A model generated the notes under the pieces. It was not told the DNA's origin. It searched no databases and saw only the letters and a program-made list of their open reading frames with translations. From a virus (lineage: Duplodnaviria > Heunggongvirae > Uroviricota > Caudoviricetes > Demerecviridae): a stretch of DNA of 51,739 bases. The DNA is taken from positions 64,001 to 115,739 of the IMG/VR virus record IMGVR_UViG_2974604416_000001; one strand, given 5' to 3'. Position 1 is the stretch's first letter. Each line of letters begins with the position of its first letter. The translations under genes and the position numbers were made by a program. Positions 8,113 to 18,800 of this stretch are shown one piece after another.

Positions 8113-8422
8113 GCTCCTTAAACAAGCTCTCGAATAGCGAAAACACTAGATTTTGTCCCTTCTGGCTCTTGTGGGATAACAGGGCCAACCATTTACTTAA
8201 AATGAACTCATATATCATTTTTAGATGTTGATATCTAAACAACGGTATAAAGTTTAGAAACTTAAATGGTAGCGATTAAGCCTTAGGTATTATGCCTTAG
8301 CCTTTACGCTGTAGGAACTACAAGATTAGTAATTATTGAAATCCCAGACCTAAGTTTGTGAGGGTTGCAAATGACCTCTGTGTTTGAACTGGGCTGCTAT
8401 TCGAGGACTTGATTTAAGGAGC
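8113..8422 (+). ncRNA. ~310-nt structured RNA downstream of the coiled-coil gene
   Basis: 8113-8138 pairs with 8396-8422 (CTCGAATAGC/GCTATTCGAG exact; GCTCCTTAAA/TTTAAGGAGC); internal CCCAG/CTGGG, ACCATTT/AAATGGT and TTTAGAT/ATCTAAA helices. Confidence 0.65.
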
Positions 8423-8428
8423 TTTTAA

Positions 8429-8791
8429 ATGCTTTTCTATTCCTATGAAAAACTATATCTCCTCTAGAGGGGAGATTCAGATAAAATCATGTATCTGTTC
8501 AAGCGACTAGCCTAGAACAAACCTGATGCACTGTCAACCTTATCGGGCAATAACTGGATAGTAAACCCAACCGTATTTACTCTGACCAATTAGGATAGCG
8601 TCCAATGCGCTGAATTTTTGGGACTCCTCTCGTTTAGGCACTACGCAGAGTTTAAATGCACCGGCAAGACCGAACTTTCAGTTCGTGATTTGCCGAGTTG
8701 GATAACGTTATCAAGTTTAACCCCGTCACCCTTGTGGGTACTACGTGGAAATGAAATCATATTTCCAACAGAAAATCCACCCATCCTGTAA
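8429..8791 (+). CDS. homologue of the conserved T5 gene upstream of D11, 3 in-frame TAG
   Basis: MLFYSYEKLYLL*RGDSDK...AEFLGLLSFRHYAEFK resembles the recalled T5 protein; AAGGAG RBS. Confidence 0.8.
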
Positions 8792-8841
8792 TACCGCAAT
8801 TTGGTCATTTTATCCCTATCTTTGGGAACCGAGACATATAT

Positions 8842-9561
8842 ATGAGCATTAATAACTGGGGCACTGTAAAGGGCGAGAGCCAATCCGAAGGTCTGAACTA
8901 CGCAAAAATGGTTAGCGGCACTCCGCTTGTTTGCCGAATCGTATCTGGTGTGCGTCCGCGCTACCAATACTGGCTGACTAACTCCATTGGTCAGAAACTT
9001 CCGTTCGAGTCACTGTCTTTCAACCACGAAAATGAAAAGTGGATTCGTGGTGCCGTTGATCCGATTCGTGAAAAAGGTTTCACTGAATCTGATGGCAAAG
9101 GTGGTACTAAGCCTATCTCTTCCAAGCGTGCATACGCATGTGTTATTATCAACCGTGCGACCAACCAGCTAGAAGCTCTTGACCTGAAAAAGTCTATCTT
9201 CGATGGTGTTATCAAGTTCATGCAAGAATCTGACGAAGGTTACGCTAACCCGTCCGAGTTTGAACTGGTTATCGACAAGACTGGTCAGAAGTGGAACGAA
9301 GTTAAGTACGCCGTTAACGTAATGGCTACCTTGAAAGCTAACCGCGATAAGGCTGCCGTTAAAGCTCTGCACGAACAGGACGAAGCCCTGTTGGCCAACC
9401 TGAAAGACCCTATGGAGTACTGGCCGCGTCAAACCGCTGACGAACAGCGTGTAGCTCTGGAAGAGTTCCTTGCTCGTACTGCTGATGAAGCCTCTGGCAA
9501 TTCTGCAGCAGGCAATGCCGGTAACGGTGGCGCTGACGAAGCAATGAACGACCTGGACTAA
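8842..9561 (+). CDS. D11: T5 D11-like single-stranded DNA-binding protein, TAG-free
   Basis: RIVSGVRPRYQYWL, LDLKKSIFDG, acidic tail; synteny with D12-D15. Confidence 0.85.
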   Translation: MSINNWGTVKGESQSEGLNYAKMVSGTPLVCRIVSGVRPRYQYWLTNSIGQKLPFESLSFNHENEKWIRGAVDPIREKGFTESDGKGGTKPISSKRAYACVIINRATNQLEALDLKKSIFDGVIKFMQESDEGYANPSEFELVIDKTGQKWNEVKYAVNVMATLKANRDKAAVKALHEQDEALLANLKDPMEYWPRQTADEQRVALEEFLARTADEASGNSAAGNAGNGGADEAMNDLD

Positions 9562-9603
9562 TAAATTAAGGGGGCTCTATGCCCCCTTTCTTTTAGGAGA
9601 AAA

Positions 9604-10575
9604 ATGAGACTACTGTTCACATAGGACTGGCATATTAAATTAGATGTGCCAAAAGTGCCAAACCACTGGCAGATAGATAGATTCCATGCAATGGTTGACG
9701 AGCTAAACTCCGTACCTGATATAGATATGATTGTAATTGGCGGCGATTTGCTAGATACTGCAAAACCTAATGCCAAAGAAATCGAGCTTATGTTTGCGCT
9801 ACTGGCTAAGCTCAAGAGAAAGACAATTATCTACAGCGGCAACCATGAAATGACCAACGACAAAGTCCTGGGTAAATATAGTTGTTTGCATAATTTCTAG
9901 GACGAGATTAATCGTGGAAACCCGTTGGTGGAAGTTGTCTACTCATACCGTAGTAACGAGTTTGATGTGGTTGGTTATGAAGAAATATCTAATAAGAAAC
10001 TGCATAAAACCCCAACGTCAAAGCTGTGCCTTACGCATGTTCGTGGAGAAATTCAACCACACGTTAAGTGGGAGATAGACCCCAAGTTCTTTGAACAATA
10101 CGAACTTGTACTAACAGGAGATTTACATAGTCATGAGAATACTCAAGGAAAGTTTATCTACCCTGGCTCACCTCTAGTCACTTCCTTCCATAGAACCCGT
10201 GCTACAGGCAACGGTTATCTTGTAGCTGACACAGATACGTTAACTTGGGAGTGGTTTCCGCTAACGCATCTACCACAACTAATACGTAAAACTGTAAGCT
10301 CTCTGGAAGAGATGGTTGAGACTAATCACGACTGGACTATCTATGAGGTAGAGACAAATGTCCTACAATCTAAGGATATTAAGAAAACCTAGCTCTTAGA
10401 TAAGAAGATTGTATCTGGATTTGCCAAGGAAGCCGTACTAGACCTGCAAGGGACACCCATGTCCTAGGAAATGCAGCTGTTCCTGACAGATATTGCAAAG
10501 TTGCCCAAGCAAGACGTAGACAGGCTAGTAACGCAATTTAATGATTACTAGAGGAAATACGATGAAAATACTTGA
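9604..10575 (+). CDS. D12: SbcD/Mre11-like nuclease subunit, TAG-recoded
   Basis: FT*DWH, GGDLLD, GNHE, GDLH and YPGSP metallophosphoesterase motifs; continuous to TGA with TAG read-through. Confidence 0.9.
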
Positions 10576-12433
10576 GCTAGGCTTTGAGAACATGCTGTCC
10601 TACAGGGACAAAACTTCTATCAATTTTTAGGAGCCTGGAGTTACTGTGGTTACTGGCCCCAATGGCGCAGGTAAGTCTAGTATTCCTACTATCTTGGAGG
10701 AGTTGCTGTATAACAAAAACAGCCACGGACTAACCAAGTAGGAAATCCCCCATAGATACAGTGAGTCACCACACTATAGTGGTTACGTAGTATTTGTTTA
10801 GGATGGTGATACCTACAAAGTTGTAAAGACTGTCAAGTCTACATAGAAGCTACAACTCTTTAAGAACGGTGAGGATGTAAGCTCACATACCGCTACGCAA
10901 ACGTATTAGTCCATTGAGCAAATCATTGGTCTTGACTTTAATACGTTCTCCAAACTGGTAAACCAAAGTATGGATTCTAGTCTGGACTTCCTATCAGCTA
11001 CTGACTAGAAACGAAAAGAGTTTCTAGTATCTCTACAAAACCTTGAAAGATACTACGAAGTAGAGGAATCTATAAAAGCGGACAAGAAAAAGGTTGATGC
11101 TCAACTAGCTTAGGCAAGTGCTCGTGTAACTACCTAGCGAAAGTGGCTGCAATCTTTGGATATCCCTCCGATTATGGAATTAGTACCTGAGCCAACTACC
11201 GAGGAAATTGATCTGTGGAATGCTGAGATTTAGCAATGCCGGCAAGAAATGGGCGAAATCAAAACCCAGCTAAACTACGCAGATTCAAATAACCAACGTA
11301 TCTCTGCCCACAAATAGAAAGTGGCCAGTGCAGTTGCATAGGTCAACAGGGCTAAGCAAAATGCGATTCAAAAGTTTATTGACTGCGCCCAACCACCAGA
11401 AACTTCCCAACTACCAAAGATTACGTATGACCTTGGATAGTTGTCTAGTCGCATGGCTGATATTAAATAGAAGCATGCAAAACTAAAAGCAGAAGCGTAG
11501 GTAACTCAGTGCCCAACCTGTAAATCTTCTCTTGATAGAAGCTAGACTGTAAAACTAGCCAATGAACTGGCTTAGGAGTATAAGTAGCTTAAAGCAGAAG
11601 CTGAGCAGTTGCAGGAATCCAAGCAATTCATGGAAACCTATGAGCAATACCAAAAAGCTCAAGTTGAAGTGGAACGTACTACTGAAGTACTAAACCAACT
11701 GGAATCTGAGGATGTTGGTGAGTCTGTAGATGTAGCAGCGTTACAAGAAGCTACTAAAAAGCTGGAAGCTCAAATCAGGGTACTGGAAGTAAATATCTCC
11801 CAAAGGACAAGGGAAGTATCCTAGGCCCGTCGTGCTAACGACGAAATCAGAGCAAGTAATGCGGCTCGTGAATCTAAACTGGAACAGGCAAAGTAGTACA
11901 AAACCGACCTAGAGGAATCTGAGTAGATAGAATCTGAACTATCCTAGAAATCTTAGGACTTGGGACTCCTTTAGAAGAGTACCAAAGACCTAGTAGGGTA
12001 CAAGATAGAATCAAACATTAAAGTGTTTGAATCTCTTATCAACCATAATCTTTAGGAGCTTAGCGATGGTCAGTTTGGTATCGGTTTTGAGCTGGATAAG
12101 ACAAAGCTCGGTGTTGTAGTTTTTGACCACGGCACTAGGGTCTCCCTAAAAGCTCTTTCTAGCGGAGAAAAATCGCTGGTACATGTAGCGACATTACTAG
12201 CTATACGTGACACTATGGTGCACAGTTATGGTGAAGACCTCAACCTTCTCTTCTTGGATGAAGTTATTTCTGTTCTAGACCCAGAAAAGAAAGATGTTCT
12301 GGTTAGCTTACTGCTTAAAATCACTAATATGTCTATATTCTTGGTATCACATGGGTATAGTAATCAACTAACTAAATCGTTGTTAGTAGAAAAGCACCCC
12401 GAAGGCTATTCTACTATTATTCAGGAGAGTTAA
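10562..12433 (+). CDS. D13: SbcC/Rad50-like ATPase, more than 20 in-frame TAG
   Basis: Walker A GPNGAGKS, CPTC zinc hook, LSSGE signature, Walker B LFLDE; 624 codons. Confidence 0.92.
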
Positions 12434-12435
12434 TT

Positions 12436-12891
12436 TTGGGAAATCCAGCATAGGCCAAGGGCACTCGTTTTGAAACGTAGATTGCCAAAAAGCTAACTGA
12501 ATTGACTGGAGTGAAATACGTGAGGGTGCCCCTGTCTGGGGCATCCCAATTTGCCAAAGGAGACCTTATGGTTGACTTGCGAGAGGGGAAGCTATCGAAC
12601 TTCTGTATCGAGTGTAAATCCTACGCAGATGACCAAATAACAGGGAATCTACTATACCCAGGCAAACAAGTATTTGACCAGTGGGCAGAACAAACCTTTC
12701 GTCAAGCAAAGGATATGAATGCAAAACCGATGCTAATTTTTAAGAAGGATCGTGGCAAGCCAATCGTGGCTATAGACTTCGAGGTGGAAGGCGTGTAGAA
12801 CTCCATGAAAATCACACGTCCTTCTGGCACACTTTATCTTTATCTATTTGACGATCTCATTCCGATCATAAAAAATACCTTATATAAATAA
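12436..12891 (+). CDS. D14: T5 D14-like PD-(D/E)xK Holliday-junction resolvase-type endonuclease
   Basis: TTG start; KG..FE, RVPLSGA, KGDL, IECK, LIFKKDRG; 3 TAG. Confidence 0.82.
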
Positions 12892-12904
12892 ATGAGGGAC
12901 TGGT

Positions 12905-13387
12905 ATGTGTATTGTTAACAAAGATTAGGAGACAGAAGAAATTCTTTAGTTATAGAAAGCCAAGTTAACGTATAACTAGGAGACTGGTATACTTAACTGG
13001 ACTTGTGGGACTAAGAGACCCTAGGGTTCTTTAAAAAGTTCTGGATATATAAGAGTAACTATCAAAGGTAGGCAGTATTTCTAGCATAGGCTAGCTTGGG
13101 CCCTCCACTATGGTTACTGGCCAAATGGAGTAATAGACCACAAAGATAGGGTTAGATCTAATAATGCAATAGATAACTTAAGAGATGTAACCCAGTAGGA
13201 TAACTCCAAGAACCAAGGTAACCGAATAAACACTACTTCTGGACATATAGGAGTATCCCGGAATAAGAACACAGGTAAGTTTGAGTAGTACAAACATATA
13301 AAATACAAGAAAATTTATCTAGGCAGTTTTGATACCTTAGAATTGGCTATAGCTGCTAGAGCAGAATAGGACACCTTATACAAATGA
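12905..13387 (+). CDS. HNH homing endonuclease with AP2-like C-terminus, TAG-recoded
   Basis: YF*HRLAWALHYG...IDHKDRVRSNNAIDNLR...SGHIGVS...IYLGSFDT. Confidence 0.88.
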
Positions 13388-14310
13388 GTTATGAAGAAAT
13401 TGATGATCTGGCCCCGAAACAAACCCTATGGGATAAAGCATTGGCCAGAAAGAATGTTAACGGGAAAAACCTCCTAGTTGTGGATATGAATAACCTTGCG
13501 TATCGCTACAAACAACGCGGCCAAGTAGATTTCTAGGAAGATATGATTCGCACCGTAGAGTCTCTAGCAAAAAGCTACTCGGCACTACATATTGTGTGTG
13601 CGTGGGATCACCGCTCCTCTTCTTACCGTAAAAGCATTTATCCTGGGTATAAGGGCGGGCGTAAAGAGAAGTACAAAGACCAAACCCCAGAGGAAAAGCT
13701 TCAAGCAGAAATGTTCTTCAACGGGTTAGATGAAGCATACCAGCACATGGTAATCCACGAAAAGAACACAGGCTTTGTTACCAATTTCAAATTTGAGTTT
13801 GTAGAAGCGGATGACCCCATTGCACTAACTGTGCAAGTTATGGAACCGTTTGTAGACCACATTTGGGTTATCTCCACCGACCAAGACTTCTGTCAGCTTA
13901 TCTCTAACAAAGTAAGTCTTTTTGCATATAAGTCTCGTAAAGAGTTTACCTTAGACACGATGTTTGAATATACTAACGCAGACTCAGGTGAGCAGCACCT
14001 ATTTATTAAGTGCCTGCAAGGTGACTCAGGAGACTCCGTTCCAGGGGTTCCAGACGTAGGGCCTAAAAGGGGTTATGGCCTAGCTAGAGAGTATGGAGAT
14101 ATCTTCTCCCTGATTGCGGCGCTACCTATTGAAGGCAAACAAAAATATATCGTGAAGTTAAATGAGTTCGGGGCTAGTAACCTAATGCTGAACCTAGAGC
14201 TGATGGATTTAAAGAGCTACTGCGCTACAGCCATTGCATTCCCTAATCCTGCAAACCTAGACTACATGTTTGATAAGCTTGAGAAAATTAAGGAGATCTA
14301 TAATGTTTGA
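13384..14310 (+). CDS. D15: flap endonuclease / 5'-3' exonuclease, one TAG
   Basis: LLVVDMNNL, YKGGRK, EADD, STDQD, GDSGDSVPGV. Confidence 0.93.
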
Positions 14311-14785
14311 TGAAGCACCTATGCCTTTGCTCTACTCCGTAGATAAACCGGAACTTGAACCCGTAATTGGTAGTGCTCAAGCTGCTGGTATGGATTTGCG
14401 ATGCAACCTGAATTTGCGCAAAGACCAACCATTCCTAATACTCAAGCCAAACGAAAATGTTACCTTCGGTACTGGTATTCGTGTTGTGATTCCAGAAGGT
14501 TGGGTAGGTTTGGTAATGCCACGTAGTGGTCTTGGTTTTAAGTACGAGGTTGTACTAGCTAACACTACTGGAGTTATCGACTCCGATTACCGTGGTGAGA
14601 TTATGGTTAAGCTGGTTAACCGTGGTAAGCAGGACATGATTCTGGAGCAATATGACAGAGTTGTTCAGATGGTGGTAGTACCCCATTGGTACATGAAACA
14701 TATCGAGAAAGTAAGTCCAGAGGTTATTGCCTCCTACGGAACTGACCGTGGTGAGGGTGGTTTCGGACATACAGGAACTAAATAA
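14303..14785 (+). CDS. dut: trimeric dUTPase, TAG-free
   Basis: AGMDL, PRSGLG, GVIDSDYRGEI, RGEGGFGHTG. Confidence 0.95.
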   Translation: MFDEAPMPLLYSVDKPELEPVIGSAQAAGMDLRCNLNLRKDQPFLILKPNENVTFGTGIRVVIPEGWVGLVMPRSGLGFKYEVVLANTTGVIDSDYRGEIMVKLVNRGKQDMILEQYDRVVQMVVVPHWYMKHIEKVSPEVIASYGTDRGEGGFGHTGTK

Positions 14786-14814
14786 AAGAAAAGGAGCCCT
14801 AGGGCTCCTTTTTT
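14786..14814. terminator. bidirectional intrinsic terminator between convergent early and late units
   Basis: A-run, GGAGCCCTAGGGCTCC inverted repeat, T-run. Confidence 0.8.
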
Positions 14815-14815
14815 G

Positions 14816-15355
14816 TTATACACGATTTTTAATCCAACCGTACAGGAATCTTTCATTCTTAGGGTTCTTTTCAGAGATCTCCAAGTAATGAGTTCCTTGT
14901 GTGCAGCGCACGGCTAGTAGGAGAGTGTCCTAGGAGCCACGCTACTTAATGAAAGCATTAAGCTATCCCAGAGTAGACGGACCAATCTTGCCGTCTACAG
15001 CCTGGTCAGCGTAGTACTTCCCACCATCATTAAACGCATTTAGCCAACGCTGGAGCATCTTAATAGATGTTGCGGTACCCTAGTTGATACCAAAGTCTAT
15101 CAAGTCCTCCCCAAGCTTGGCGTCAATGTCATAAATCTGGTCTAGCTTAGGTTTCTTAATATACTCCCTAGCATAAATATCTTTGGCCGTCTGGAGCGGC
15201 AGAGCGCTCATATGGCCAGTATAGCCATTGGCACGAGCAACCTATTCAGTTATTCCGTATTTAGTCTAACCCCCACTATCGTAGGGGTCATTTCCATACT
15301 AACCTTCAAGATTGACTACGTGATCAATAACTTTATCGTAGTCTGACTGCTTCAT
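14816..15355 (-). CDS. GH108 lysozyme (probable endolysin) with peptidoglycan-binding domain, 7 TAG
   Basis: LEG*YGNDPYDSGG*TKYGITE*VARANGY...VDGKIGPSTL...FLYGWIKNRV. Confidence 0.88.
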
Positions 15356-15403
15356 ATTATACACTCCTGCTATTACGCTAGTTGTTTAAAGCGGACCAAT
15401 TTG

Positions 15404-15808
15404 TTATATAAAGTTCAACGCAGCGGTTGCAGAATAAACTATTGTCCCACCCTCAGTGGCAGCGAACTCGTAAGTTTGAGATCGAACTGTTCCCTTGTTT
15501 GGATTTAATACGCCACGTTGCACACCATCTACTTGGTACCACCGAGCCTCTGTGCAGTTGATATATGTGATCCCACCATTTCGTATACGCACCCACGCCA
15601 TACCATCGAAAATTGGGTAAGATTTAACGGTTGTACCATCTATATAAGTGTAGATTGTCTGCTTGGTTGATGCATTATAGCTAAACGTCGCATATGGCGG
15701 TGTATTGTTTCCAGTGACAACGGATTGTATAGAAGCAATCTTCTTAAGACTGGCCATACCAGCCAGTCTAGACACTAAACCAGTAGTGCCCAGACCCGCA
15801 TTAGACAT
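15404..15808 (-). CDS. tail-fibre-associated hypothetical protein, TAG-free
   Basis: 134-aa ORF immediately downstream of the fibre gene. Confidence 0.7.
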   Translation of the reverse strand: MSNAGLGTTGLVSRLAGMASLKKIASIQSVVTGNNTPPYATFSYNASTKQTIYTYIDGTTVKSYPIFDGMAWVRIRNGGITYINCTEARWYQVDGVQRGVLNPNKGTVRSQTYEFAATEGGTIVYSATAALNFI

Positions 15809-15872
15809 AATTTGGGAGGCAGCCCCACCCCCACCAAATTCTGTGTTAGCCTATGATAACCAAAAGGGTACA

Positions 15873-18800
15873 TTAGGTACCATTTATTAGCCTCCTTAAC
15901 TGGTCTATCTCATCCTTCAACTCTTTAATGGCCTCTACAAGTAGGGCATTCACAGCAGAATTAGAGATTGTCAAAGTTGTATCTTCGGCCTCCTTAACGG
16001 CTTCTGGGAGTACCATTCTCAAGTCTTGAGCAATCAAACCCACTTCGCGGCTTACGACATCTGAATCGGTAATCGATTTGTGCTTGTTGTAAGAATAAGC
16101 TTGGAGCTTAGTTACTTTATCAACTGCACCTTCAACTCTGACCAAATCAGATTTCATTCGACGATCTGAACGGATATAGACATCATTGAAGTTGCCGTTA
16201 CCAGGACTGTTGAATTCACCACTACTACCGTTGAATGTCCATGCCTTGTTCTGGTTACCAGCACCATCCATGAAATGTAAGCAATACACTCCTGGGCTAG
16301 CACCTGCATTAGACAGATGACCTAATGTGTAGTACCCGTCATAACCTTCGGTATCATGGAAATACATACTGAATGCTGGAGCCCAAGAAGAACCTTGGTG
16401 AGCTACCTTAGCATGGTAAACACCTTGGCCTCGACGCCATACACCACCTACAGTGGTACCGTTGTAAACACCTTCATTCATACTAGGTGGAGTAGCAGAT
16501 GTATGAACTGAACCGTTCTGCTTGATACCAAACCAGTTACCTTCTTTATGTCGAATTCTTAGGTAGTCTTCATCGGACCACATCAGAGAACGCTCAGTAC
16601 CGTTAGCTCGACGGAACCATACATGTTGGTTCGCGTTATCAGAATAACCAAGGTTGAATACATTACTCTTGACAGTTAGTGAAGTATTTACAGTGGTTTC
16701 GGTTGCGTCTTTATTGATTTCAATGACATTCTTATTCCATACACCGGAGTCAGTCCAGTTTGCAATAGAGAATTCATTGCCAGTACCTTTAAGAACACCC
16801 CATTTGTACTTCGAACCATCATTGACGTTGTTTAGATAAAATCCGCCTGCCGATCCGTTTGTACAAGTAAAGTTCTGTTGAGTAGCAACTCCTGTTAAGA
16901 ATGTCGATTCAGTCGGGCTATTGAAATCGATTACTTTACTCGCGGTTCCATCAATTTTAACTGAGATATATGGTTTAGTTGTGTCAGTTGGTGCTTCAAG
17001 ACCTACCCAGTTTTTACCATCTGGACTTTCGGCAATAACTGCTTGCTTGGCATAAAAAAGGCCAGTTAAACGGCCGCCTGAGATTGGAAGCGCTCCAACA
17101 TCGTTTGCGGTTGGGTTGAAACTTTGATGGTAAATTCTTGAACCTGTGCCTATTCTCCAATCATTTTCGCCATAATATCTCAGTGCATATGACCAAACAG
17201 GATCTGTTCCAGTTGGTAAAATTGGTGCAATTTCAGAATAAGTTGAACCGCCGCCGATATGAATACCGCCAGCATTATTTGCTTTACTACGAATAACCCC
17301 ACTCGTTGCGTTAAGTCTAGGGACATTCAACTCACCGGTCATGGTATCACCGGATTTATTCACTGCACCAACGTCTGCCGCAGTGGGCTTTCTATCTGTA
17401 GTATATACGTACCCATTAGCTGAATGGTCTAAGTTTCCACCAAACCTTAACTAACCAGAAACATCAACACCCAAGTACTAGGTCTGAGTAGCAGAGTACT
17501 TGTACCCAATACCTACTTGCTAACCCCTTTCAAGTGTTATAGGTGCGGCATTGTTAACCTGAACAGATAACTGGCCAAGCAGTGTACCACCACCGTCATG
17601 AAGAATCTTCTTAGAGCCTATTCTCCATGTGTTGTCATTGTAATAGCGTAGTCCTTCGTCGTAATTGTAGCCAGCCTGTCCCGCAGCTTTACCAGCAATC
17701 TCGGCGTAACCCTAGACGTTCCCACCCAGAGCTAGACTACCTACATCAGTCCTATCTTTATTTACAACAACAGTAGACTGCGTCTCCACCCCTGCACGAC
17801 ATACCATAGTGTTGCTAGAATAGAAGTGGTTACCTGGCTGGAATTCTGCAAGCAGCCTAGTCTTAGTACCGACACCAGCCTATGGGTTTGTAACAGCCTA
17901 CGAAAACACTGTAGTGCCGTAGGACATATCCAAGCCTGTACAGGCAACGTTAGCGCTAGCTCTTACACGCACGTTTACAGGGAAAGCACGAGCTTCGACA
18001 TAGATAGCATAAGCTGTCTATGCTTCTGAGCTGCCAAGGATAGAATGAATCTACCTCTCGTTAGAGCTGTATATAGTAAATTGACCGTATACGTAAACTC
18101 CAGTATCCGACCAACCACCATTGTGGATTTGACCATCAAAGGAACAGTAGTTCATCGGGTCTGCTCCACCACTAGACCTTGTTTCCACAAACAAGGAATG
18201 GTCAGAGCCATAGTTAGATACTACAATTGGATAGTACTTACCTGCCACTACTCCCTAAGGTGCTTGGATTGTTACGGTTTTTAGGGATTGCTCATCAATT
18301 ACCTACTTGGTGTATGTACCTACATCCTCGGAAGTTACAGTGATATCAGCATTCAAGCGCTTGCCATTAACTGTACGGGTATCAGGTACTGCTCCTAAAG
18401 CTCCTGGGGAGGTGTTACCCTAGTGGTATACTTCGTTACCTCTTACTTTAACAGCGTTAGCAGAGATATCTAGGTCACCCCTACTGGTGGTGCCTATTGT
18501 ATTTGTTACAGTAAACCTTACATCGTTATCTAAAGTACTATTTTCGGCATGAAAATCTAAAATGCGGCCTACTTCCTATACCCCGTCAGAACCTACTCTT
18601 AGTAGTTTACCTACTACATCCTAGTAGTTACTACCAGTAGGTAGTAATGTAGTAGAGATAGCGCCGATTTCTGCTAGCGTCCAAGAAACATCAGCAGAAC
18701 CATTAACAGCTTTAGCGGTTCCCCCTATGGTTAGGTTACGTGAAGTACCCCAGTTCTAGGTAGTAATATTAGCAGTACCATCAAAGTTTGTTCCATTGAT

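Noticed and set aside
8430-8790. Second ncRNA upstream of D11
   Set aside because: It is a TAG-containing CDS homologous to the conserved T5 gene at this position.
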